A stretch of 64,000 nucleotides of DNA from Histomonas meleagridis 2922-C6/04-290x (lineage: Eukaryota > Protista > Parabasalia): the NCBI GenBank assembly GCA_020184695.1, contig JAANOX010000280.1:496001-560000 (forward strand), written 5' to 3'. Every line of letters begins with the position of its first letter. Position 1 is the stretch's first letter. The translations under genes were made by a program, and so were the position numbers. Positions 21,231 through 30,606 of this stretch are shown here, in pieces. The notes beneath the pieces were generated by a model, which saw only the letters and a list, made by a program, of their open reading frames with translations, had not been told where the DNA came from and did not search any database.

Positions 21231-23804
21231 TTACGCTGTAATTGTTGATGAATTAATTATATTTGTTATTAACGTCATTGTTGCGCTCAGCAACTTATTT
21301 TGCTTTGATTGTTGTGGCATTGCTCTTTCATATTTATCGATTGAAGCCTTTATTGCGAGCGCCAATTTTGCGGGCGGCAACTTCAATGACTTTTGCGATC
21401 CACCGTCTTCCAACAATCTCTTTAATATATCGTTAATAATTTTCAAGAAGCTATTAATTGTATTTGTGCATATCTCTGTTGAGTCTTGTACGTACGCAGA
21501 TATTACAATCACTTCGCTAATTGCTCTAATGTATGACGCAGGATCAATACTATCACTTGTCAAAACGGATGAAATGTTATGTGAAAATCGCTTATCGAAT
21601 TCATTATCGAGCCAATTATATATTATATCTTTCATTGGGAATCCGTCGACGAACTTTGCAGTTTGTGTTGCGAGGATGAAACAATTTGACCATTGTTGTA
21701 AGTATAAACAAACGTCCAAATACGTACGGAATAAAAACATTGATAAAAATGAGTCATGTTTCTTAAGTGTATCGAACATTGTTTGAAATGAATTTTCTTC
21801 ATCATTTGCAGCCGTTGATAATATCGCAACATAATCAGTGATTTCTTGCGTGATCTTTTGCCCATTATTTAAATTGGATCGAAGTCTTGTACGTGCATTA
21901 TGATCTATTTTGGATAATACTTTAAATGATTCTTTTGGATCATCAAAAATTGTTGGATATAATAAGAAATATCCGACATCTAAAAACTTGTCCAATTTTT
22001 TGTTACGAATTAATAAATGTAAATAAGTATTACCAACTTCTAATGCATCTTCAAATGATGACGAAGCTAATACCATTACTATGTTTAAGACATCTTCGCG
22101 TGAAAATGCATCTAACGCAGCTAATATATTACGCTTTTGTGATCGTAATATTGTTGCATCATTCTTTTGGATTCCGCTTAATACTTTAGCAAATAATGTA
22201 AATCGTTTAACATCGGATAATTGTGATGATTCAGGCGCTTGTATTAATGAATTAGGTACAGCGGATGATAAAAAATATGAAAAAAAAGAGATAACTTCTT
22301 CAATCGGAGTGTCACTAAAGCCATGTGATAAATCAAAGTTTTTGTTGGTGGTTAACTCTAATAATGGAAATGATGACGTAACATCATCTTTACGCTCTAA
22401 CACTCCATGGACATCTTGTATTATGGCCGTAAATAATTGTTGGTTTTGTCTGAAATATAAAAGTTTTTCACATTCTCGACCAAATGATGAATCTAATCGA
22501 TGTGGAATAACTGGTTCAAAGAATTTCTCCTTTAATTTACAAACACCTGTCGACCCATCAACACATGAAAAGTAAAATGAATCAATTCGATTACACCCGG
22601 AAACTAATGTCATAACAGGTGAATTAGATGGATTAATGGTTTGAAGACAATGATGTGGTGGACATTGATTGTTAATGTTCCAGATACGGATGGTAGAATC
22701 AATACTTGATGAAAATAAAAAGTCACAACGATGATTGGAAAATTGTAATGAAGTGATTTCATTCGTGTGACCGTTAAGCTCAAGAAACGGTTTTTCGCAT
22801 GCACCCCGAAGGTCCCAAAGCTTGATGACAAAGTCATCGGATGAGGTAGCTAATAAGGGCTGAATGATAGAAGAAAACTTGATGTTCGAAATGGGATGAA
22901 TAAATGATGATTGAAAAGTTTTGATGGTTTTCTTTGCACGAAGATCTTGTAAAAGAATATTACCACCATATGAGCCTAAAGCCATAACATCTTTATATAT
23001 AGGAGATGAATCAATACAAAGAAGTTGAAAACCATCACCACTACCATTGGCTTTAAGTTTATGGGTTGAGATATCCCAATTAAACCATTGTGAATCAGAA
23101 ATTGATTGAAACGTTGTCGGATTACGATAATTAAAGGACATTTGACGAGCACCAGATGTAATAGGTCCTGACATTGGTAAAACGGGATATTTATCATCAA
23201 GTTTATGCTCATAAAAATGAATAAATTTGGCTTTAAATTGCTCTTTGTGTGCTGCATAATAGTTTTTAACAATCTTTTCTGCTTTTTCAAAGTCTTTCTC
23301 TTTGAGTTTTGATCTTTCAATAACTGAATGTGCTCCATATGGCCATGAAGGAATTTGCACATCACAACTATAAAATGTTGCTAAAGGCTCACCAAGATCT
23401 ATGGGTGGTTTTTGTTCTGTGTATGTCATTTGCATAAAATCATTAAGATTTTGACCACGAGCAACATCAGCACAATTAACTTCATATTGTACAACACCTT
23501 TAGAGTTTGAATGAAAAATCAAATTATTAAAATGTAAAATGCTTGTTGCTTCTTCAGATAGACGTGAAGTAGATTTTGGTGATAGTGGTAAATCAGTAGT
23601 GCCAAGATCTTGGAATGTTGCTCCTAGTGAGTAAAGAGAGCAATGACCTGAATTATCAACGAAAAATGATAAAGGAAAAGAATAGTCAACTGCAATTTTT
23701 ACATGTGTTTTAAAATTGTCTATTTTAAGTATTTCGATTTGTTCATCATCACATTTACTAAAATAATGTTTTGATTTCTTTCTCCATGTTGAATCTGGAT
23801 TCAT
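21231..23804 (-). CDS. WD40-repeat protein with helical C-terminal region
   Basis: WD units LLATSSDDFVIKLWD, GHTNEITSLQFS...LFSSSIDSTIRIWN; 857 aa. Confidence 0.85.
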   Translation of the reverse strand: MNPDSTWRKKSKHYFSKCDDEQIEILKIDNFKTHVKIAVDYSFPLSFFVDNSGHCSLYSLGATFQDLGTTDLPLSPKSTSRLSEEATSILHFNNLIFHSNSKGVVQYEVNCADVARGQNLNDFMQMTYTEQKPPIDLGEPLATFYSCDVQIPSWPYGAHSVIERSKLKEKDFEKAEKIVKNYYAAHKEQFKAKFIHFYEHKLDDKYPVLPMSGPITSGARQMSFNYRNPTTFQSISDSQWFNWDISTHKLKANGSGDGFQLLCIDSSPIYKDVMALGSYGGNILLQDLRAKKTIKTFQSSFIHPISNIKFSSIIQPLLATSSDDFVIKLWDLRGACEKPFLELNGHTNEITSLQFSNHRCDFLFSSSIDSTIRIWNINNQCPPHHCLQTINPSNSPVMTLVSGCNRIDSFYFSCVDGSTGVCKLKEKFFEPVIPHRLDSSFGRECEKLLYFRQNQQLFTAIIQDVHGVLERKDDVTSSFPLLELTTNKNFDLSHGFSDTPIEEVISFFSYFLSSAVPNSLIQAPESSQLSDVKRFTLFAKVLSGIQKNDATILRSQKRNILAALDAFSREDVLNIVMVLASSSFEDALEVGNTYLHLLIRNKKLDKFLDVGYFLLYPTIFDDPKESFKVLSKIDHNARTRLRSNLNNGQKITQEITDYVAILSTAANDEENSFQTMFDTLKKHDSFLSMFLFRTYLDVCLYLQQWSNCFILATQTAKFVDGFPMKDIIYNWLDNEFDKRFSHNISSVLTSDSIDPASYIRAISEVIVISAYVQDSTEICTNTINSFLKIINDILKRLLEDGGSQKSLKLPPAKLALAIKASIDKYERAMPQQSKQNKLLSATMTLITNIINSSTITA

Positions 23805-24149
23805 AAATTAATTGTCACTTTTTAATTACAAAAACAAAAAATGTGACAAATCAGAATTAAGCATATATCCAAAACATCCACAGCTTTTTTTGAAACTTTG
23901 GCGAGTTTTCTTCATTTGGTAATTCAAAAAAAGCGAGACTCACATATTATTGAATTATCATAAAAATTTTTTTTCACAAATTAAAAGATTAGATTGTGGC
24001 TTTACTGGAATTGAGTTGCTTTAAAATTGTTTTGAACTCATTTGCTTCTCATCTCGAAAATTTTGTTGTTTTTTTATTTTCATTTCACGCAACCATTTAT
24101 ATCCATTCAATTTTGAATGATGTCAGCCACTTAACAGATCCAAGAAACA

Positions 24150-25076
24150 ATGCTTTCTTCCTCAGTTAGAAACCTTCACAAGCCACTTCTCTTCGTTGAC
24201 GAGAACACCCGTGTTGTTGTTCAAGGTATTGGAAACCAAGGACAATTCCACTCACGTTTAATGCGCGAATATGGTACAAAAGTTGTTGCTGGTGTTCACC
24301 CAAAGAAGGCAGGTCAAATCATTGCCGGAATGCCCGTCTTTGCCTCCGTTAAGGATGCTGTTCAAAAGACAGATGCTAATGCATCACTTATCTTTGTTCC
24401 AGCTTCTGGTGCTGCTGCCGCTATGATCGAAGCCGCTAATGCTGGTGTTGGCCTTGTTGTTTGTATCACTGAACACATTCCACAACATGATATGATCAAA
24501 GTTAAGAAAGTTCTCAAAGAAAAGGGAGTTGAACTCATTGGTCCAAATTGTCCAGGTATTATCCAACCACGCACTCATTGCAAGATGGGTATCATTCCAA
24601 CTAATATTCATACACCAGGTAAAATTGGTATTGTTTCTCGTTCTGGTACACTTACATATGAAGCTTCATATGCTACAACATTAGCTGGTCTTGGCCAATC
24701 CACAGTTGTTGGTATTGGTGGAGATCCATTTGCAGGACAACTTCACGTTGATGTTGTTAAGAGGTTTGCTGAAGACCCACACACTGAAGGCATCATCCTT
24801 ATTGGTGAAATTGGAGGTCAATCCGAAGAAGATGCTGCCGAATGGATTCACAAGAATCAACTCACAAAGGAGAAACCAGTTGTCAGCTTCATCGCAGGCG
24901 CCACAGCACCACCTGGCAAACGTATGGGTCACGCAGGAGCCATCATTTCCGGTGGAAAGGGTACCGCTGAAGGTAAGTACGAAGCACTCCAAGCTGCTGG
25001 CGTACGCATCTCAAGACACCCAGGAAACTTAGGTAAGTTTATCTTCGAGGAAATGAAGAAGATGGGCCGCATCTAA
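24150..25076 (+). CDS. Succinyl-CoA synthetase alpha subunit, hydrogenosomal
   Basis: [50 protein letters not shown], phospho-His loop RMGHAGAII; leader MLSSSVRN fits the ML..R(-2) hydrogenosomal presequence pattern. Confidence 0.97.
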   Translation: MLSSSVRNLHKPLLFVDENTRVVVQGIGNQGQFHSRLMREYGTKVVAGVHPKKAGQIIAGMPVFASVKDAVQKTDANASLIFVPASGAAAAMIEAANAGVGLVVCITEHIPQHDMIKVKKVLKEKGVELIGPNCPGIIQPRTHCKMGIIPTNIHTPGKIGIVSRSGTLTYEASYATTLAGLGQSTVVGIGGDPFAGQLHVDVVKRFAEDPHTEGIILIGEIGGQSEEDAAEWIHKNQLTKEKPVVSFIAGATAPPGKRMGHAGAIISGGKGTAEGKYEALQAAGVRISRHPGNLGKFIFEEMKKMGRI

Positions 25077-25473
25077 ACACTTTACCTCATCTCTATTTTT
25101 TGTTTTGTAACTATTCAAAATCTGATAATTAATTTTATCATTTTGAACAGAAAAAGAAATTTGTGTTTTCTTGACACAATAAACAAAAAATAAAAACATT
25201 TTTAAACTCACTTGCTATAAAATTAACCATGCAACTAGATATTATTGTTTGATTCCTCAGTTTACTTTTGTTTGATGAGCTCCTTTGGTATCTTTTTTAG
25301 TAAAACAAATCTCTTTTCACAATAAACGATTAACAAAAAATAAAATTTATTATCACATTTTAACATACTAAAGACTAAAATTAAAGTTGGTAGAAAATAA
25401 CGAGGTGCCGTTGAACCATACTAAAAACGATTTACATTAGAACAAACTATATTTTATTGTTTATTTATCTTAT

Positions 25474-26732
25474 TTACATTTGCTCAATGAATTTCTCTTC
25501 CTTGAAATCATCTGCAAAAGGATCTTCTTCAATATTTGAAATAGATATTCCTGTTGTGAATGTGTTTGTAGTTTGGTTATTATCATTTTGTTGTTCTGAA
25601 ATTTCATTTTCATTGATTTCTTCTTTTTTATTTTTAATTCGAATCAATAATATAATTAGTAATGAAATTATAATAATAATAATAATAATAATAACACAAA
25701 CGATTATGATGATAATTGTTGTTTTATTATCATTTGTTTGAATTTCGTTATTATGAATAAATGTAAAGAAGTTCGAATAATAAATATAATAAGTTGAATA
25801 AATAATAACTGTGTAATCATAATATATAAATTCTGTTTCAATGTAAACATTCGATGAATTAATTGTAACTAGAGAAAGCGATTTTGTTTGTATTTCATAA
25901 TATGTAAATGAATGCGTGAATGATAATGTTATCGTTAATAGATATGAGAAAGATTTCGTTAAATCATTTTGAAAAGATTCAGTAAATGTATTTGATTTTG
26001 AATATGTATTACTACATCTGAATGTCTTTGACTTGAAATATGTGTTTGACTGAGAATATGTGTTACTTCGACTGAATGTATGTGATGCTGATAATGAATG
26101 TGTTGGAAGTGGTTCGCATGTTCCTTCTGCGTTTTCTTTGGCAACATCTAAATTTCCAAATTTACTTCCTACATATGTTGAATATGTGATAACACTTGTA
26201 AAAACATTAGAAAATGCATTTTCGCTAATTTCTGGTTCTGAATCTCCATAATAATAAATGCATTGAAGATTATAACAATTCCCAAATGCTGAACCACCAA
26301 TTTCTCTTATTCCATATCCAAGTGTTAATATCGTTAAATTAGAACATAATGCAAACGCTGAATTTCCAATTATTGTAACTGAATTTGGAATTGTAATGTT
26401 TTTGATTGATGAACACAATGAAAATGATGAACCTCCAATTGTTGTAACATTTTCTCCAAATATAATCGTTTCTAATTTAGAACATAACGAAAACACTGAA
26501 CCTCCAATAGATGATACTGAATTACCAAAATTAACTGAATTAACTAAAGGCCATTCTGTAAATGAACCACTTGGAATTGAATAAATTCCTTCACTGATAT
26601 TTATAAATTTAGTGATGTTTTTATATTGATCAATTTCATTAAAATCATTTGAATTTGTTATTGTTAATGTTAAATTATCATTACAAAATAATTGAAAAGA
26701 ATTTATGAAAAATACAACAAAAATTAAAACAT
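25474..26732 (-). CDS. BspA-like leucine-rich-repeat surface protein (TpLRR + S/T stalk + TM + acidic tail)
   Basis: Repeats VTTIGGSSFSLCSSIKNITIPNSVTIIGNSAFALCSNL; stalk PTHSLSASHTFSRSNT; Ile-rich TM; tail EEDPFADDFKEE. The probable start ATG at 26732 reads ATG TTT TAA, one T short of a signal-peptide-like MFLIFVVFFINSFQLFC. Confidence 0.8.
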
Positions 26733-26764
26733 TTTTATGTTTTTCCTTTTCGTTTGTTTTCAAT

Positions 26765-27247
26765 TCATAGTTGGTCAATAAAAATTTCTGTATAAACAGC
26801 GGTTTTTTCTGAAAAAAATTGATATAAACCACCACAATCATGATTGAAAAAATAGCGGTTAAACGAACATAAGCATTGAATTTAAATGGTCGGCCTGTTT
26901 TATCGTTTAGCATCAATGCAAAAGAAAGAAATTCGTACTGGTTTAAAGATATATCTCCATAATGCATATCCAAAAGTTGTGTTGACATGTTGTTTTCAAT
27001 AAGCATACTCGTTATAAAGAATTCCTTTTGTGTAATTGAGAAATATGATGCTTGGAATTTTGTCATAAAAGAATTGAAGTATTTCTGACGTACACTTGCT
27101 GTCAGTCAAAAAATTCCAAAAAAAATTTGTTTTAAAGAAAGTAGAATTATTGTTAAATATATCAAAATTATCATACTTAATTCCAAAGACTGGAACTTCT
27201 GCATTGTGTGTATGAGTGAGCCCTTCTTTGCTTAGGTTCTTTTTCAT
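26765..27247 (-). pseudogene. Unidentified pseudogene directly upstream of the BspA gene
   Basis: The frame of ORF 26996-27301 continues past its TGA as KQHVNTTFGYALWRYIFKPVRISFFCIDAKR*NRPTI*IQCLCSFNRYFFNHDCGGLYQFFSEKTAVYTEIFIDQL*. Confidence 0.55.
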
Positions 27248-28126
27248 ATTTGCCAAATACACATCGGCCAATACAAAAGTTAAAAATCGCACGGTTAACA
27301 TGTAAAAATTTTGTTTCTTTTTTGAAATTTTTCAATTTAACCTAAAATTTGTTTGTTTCAAAATTTAAAGACACCTATAAAAGATAATACATTAAATGCT
27401 TGTAAAGACACTTTTAAATAATATAATGAATGGATGTGTTAGAGTTGAGTTTGCTGATTAAAATGATGTGTCCTTGTTGTTGCTGAGCACTTTTTATAGT
27501 ATTAAATTTCATGATTTTTAAGAGAAATGCGTTTTAAACGTTTTATATTAATTTGTTTTGTGATACAAATTACATGAATAAATTAATCACATCCCAAAAT
27601 ATATTAGAGATATTATGTATAATTAAGTGATATATTAAGAAGAAAGACATATTATTGGATGTTAATAAATTGTAAATAAAGTCATATCACAAACTTCATA
27701 TCTTATTACTTCTATATTTATGGTGACCCTTAATATATTGATTCTAATTATCTTTATACATAATGTTTTGAGGCATGAATGTTTTTCATTTAATTAATTT
27801 ATTTTGTAAAGTAACTTAATGATTGATATCATTTACATTTAACATCTAATACTTAACGAAATATTTCTATTGTAAACTACAAATCATTTTGTAAATGAAT
27901 AATCTGATTCTATTTGATCTATAGAATGCTACATCAAAACAATGTTCAATATATTCGACGTTTTCGTTGTTAATTATATCAAAGTGGTAATCTAAGGAAC
28001 AGATTTACCATTAGTTGAGAATAACAAATTGTTCATCGATTAATATTTCTCATTGCGAATCATTTCATAGTTTTTATTTAAATTAAAAATATATCATTTA
28101 AAAATATATTTTTATTTTAAATTAAA

Positions 28127-28836
28127 TCATAGCCAATTGTCTTCATCTTCTTTAACAATATCTTCAACTAAAGTATTGACATCTTCAATTTGATTTAAAC
28201 TTGATGTAGTTGAATCCTTAAATTGTAATGTCGATTTTCCTTTTTTGTTATTACTTTTTATTAAGAATATAACAATTCCAACAATTATTAACACTAATGC
28301 AATTGATCCGCAAACAATTCCAATCAATGAATTAGTTGTAAGTACATTTGATTGCGAAACATTGTAATGAAATTTGAAAAATAATTGCAATGTGTTGAAT
28401 AAATAATAACTGTGTAATCATAATAAAGAAATTCCGTTTCGATGTAAGAAAATGTTGAATTAAATATGGATAATGAAAGCGATCTTGTTTGCGTCTCATA
28501 ATATGTAAATGAATAAGCAATTGTCAATGTATGTGTTAATGTATATGTAATCGAAAATGTTAAATCGCTTTTAAACGATTCAGTGAATGTATTTGACTGA
28601 GAATATGTATGTGATGCTGATAATGAATGTGTTGGAATTGGTTTGCAGTTTCCTTCTGCATATGTATTGCTAACATTTAACACACCAAAGTTACTTTTGA
28701 TATATGCTGGTTATGTTATAACTGTTGTTGTAACATTATAAAATGCATTTATTCCAATATTTGGTTCGTTAGCTCCATAATAATAAATACATTCAAGTGC
28801 ATCACATTTACCAAATGCTGAACCTCCAATGATAAT
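28127..28836 (-). pseudogene. BspA-like paralog, 3' part only, disrupted
   Basis: IGGSAFGKCDALECIYYYG, PIPTHSLSASHTYSQSNT, YIETEFLYYDYTVIIYST, TM and tail EDIVKEDEDNWL; in-frame TAA at 28713-28711 and a frameshift near 28380. Confidence 0.75.
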
Positions 28837-28859
28837 CAATTTCTAATGCTGCAGGATAT

Positions 28860-29210
28860 TTCTAAATGAAACCATATGCATTTTGACTCCATGGTGGTAA
28901 CGTGATTGATATTTCTGAATCATTTTATCATAAACGCTAATTTTCGTAATTCCTTCTTTTTGAATTAGAAAACTCTAAAATAGAATTATCATCAACATTG
29001 ATTTCATTAAAAATATCAATTTTATGGCCATGTGGATTATCACCAAGTGCAATTTATTGCGTTTCTTGTTCAGCTCTATAAGGATATAAAACTTGAACAA
29101 GAACTGATGCTATGTTATCTGTAATGGTTTTATCAGTGGCAGTAATAGTTACAAGAGCTTCTGCCTTTGAATATGCAATAGCTTTTGGATTAATTTGAAG
29201 AATCTGATGA
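28860..29210 (-). pseudogene. Unrelated gene fragment abutting the BspA pseudogene
   Basis: ILQINPKAIAYSKAEALVTITATDKTITDNIASVLVQVLYPYRAEQETQ*IALGDNPHGHKIDIFNEINVDD; non-LRR, with stops. Confidence 0.4.
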
Positions 29211-29309
29211 TTTTAATAAAACTTTATTTAAACGATTAAAACAAACAGAAAATAATTGTGTGTTATATGATCGTTGTATTTCTCGCTTGACCATCAGAGA
29301 AAGTGCCAG

Positions 29310-30299
29310 ATGGATTTCTCAGAACCAACAATCCAAGACAACGAAATTCACGATCCGATCCCTGAAACAAGGGTAGAATTACTTTACTATGAAAGGTTCG
29401 AAAATACAAAAGAAGACAGAGTTGTTTTTGATTTGATCAATGCACCAGCATCTCATGCAAATGCTCTTCGTAGAACTCTTCTTGCAACAGTTCCATCAAT
29501 GGCTTTTGATTTTATTGAAGTATATCAAAATGCATCAGTTCTTCCAGACGAAGTAATCTGTCATCGAATTGGTCTTATTCCAATCAACATTAATCCAAAA
29601 TACTTCGAATATATTCAAGGTGACGCTAATATTGACACCATAGATGATCCAAAGACTACATTATTATTTGGTCTTTGTGTCATTGGTGGTGAAGGACCAG
29701 ATCCCAATTTAGAAGGAGTAGATGCCACATGGGACAAGCTTCCACCATTTTACACAGGTCCTTCTGGGTGTGTTATGTCCAGTCATTTCGTCTGGATGCC
29801 ATATCCTGATCAGCGTGAAATTCTTCCCGTCTTTCCCACAATGCTCCACGACAACATAGAAATCACACGTCTTCATCCCGGTCAAAAGATCGAGCTTTAT
29901 GCTCGTGCAATCAAAGGCAGTGGTTCACGACATGCAAAGTTTTCTCCTGTTTCCACTGCATTTTACAGACTTGTACCCAAGATAGAGGTTCGCAATGACA
30001 TTAGCGACGAGAAAAAGCAACTCATTGTTAATTGTTGTCCTCGCCATGTGTTTGAGATTGAGGAATCCGGAAATGTCATAGCCGCTGACGTTCGTAAGTG
30101 CACATTTTGTAAAGAATGCACACGTCTGAAGCGATTAAATGGATGCGTCAGACTCGAAAAGGAACCAAATCATTATGAGTTCACAGTAGAAAGTTTCGGT
30201 GTAAGATCAGCACCATCAATTGTTAAAGAGGCGCTACAGATACTTAATCAGAAAAGTATGAATATGAAGGCAGCGCTGGAAGATGCTGTTTCTCAATAA
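29310..30299 (+). CDS. RPAC1: RNA polymerase I/III shared subunit AC40
   Basis: ASHANALRRTLLATVPSMA, NASVLPDEVICHRIGLIP, LHPGQKIELYARAIKGSGSRHAKFSPVSTAFYRL, CCPRHVF, CTFCKEC, HYEFTVESFG. Confidence 0.93.
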   Translation: MDFSEPTIQDNEIHDPIPETRVELLYYERFENTKEDRVVFDLINAPASHANALRRTLLATVPSMAFDFIEVYQNASVLPDEVICHRIGLIPININPKYFEYIQGDANIDTIDDPKTTLLFGLCVIGGEGPDPNLEGVDATWDKLPPFYTGPSGCVMSSHFVWMPYPDQREILPVFPTMLHDNIEITRLHPGQKIELYARAIKGSGSRHAKFSPVSTAFYRLVPKIEVRNDISDEKKQLIVNCCPRHVFEIEESGNVIAADVRKCTFCKECTRLKRLNGCVRLEKEPNHYEFTVESFGVRSAPSIVKEALQILNQKSMNMKAALEDAVSQ

Positions 30300-30606
30300 A
30301 TACAAATTAGAAATTCTAAAAATGATTATGGATTTGATTGACTTTTGTTGCGGTGTATGCTTCGAGGGATTTTACGTGAATTGAATAGATCGAAAGTAAA
30401 AGTAACAAAAGAAAATTTTGTTAAACATAAAAATTATGTGTGATTTTTCTTGAGAAGTGGTTATATTTTACTCATTGAGAATATTACCAAACAAGAAAAG
30501 TGTCAATAGTATCTTAAATTGTGTTTTCAAAATCATAACAACCCAGTTCGAGCCGAATGATTTTTGAAATTAACAATATTTTATTTTTAAATAGGTTTTT
30601 TTTAGC

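Noticed and set aside
21214-22575. Antisense ORFs (190, 87 and 164 aa) over the WD40 gene, and similar shadow ORFs over the kinase, CLPTM1, ABC, SCS, CH and SAS-6 genes
   Set aside because: Expected opposite-strand or alternate-frame shadows of real genes; no independent motifs.
26733-27066. N-terminal ~110 aa of the 530-aa BspA ORF as a genuine fusion domain
   Set aside because: The more protein-like reading of this stretch is in another frame (pseudogene 26765-27247).
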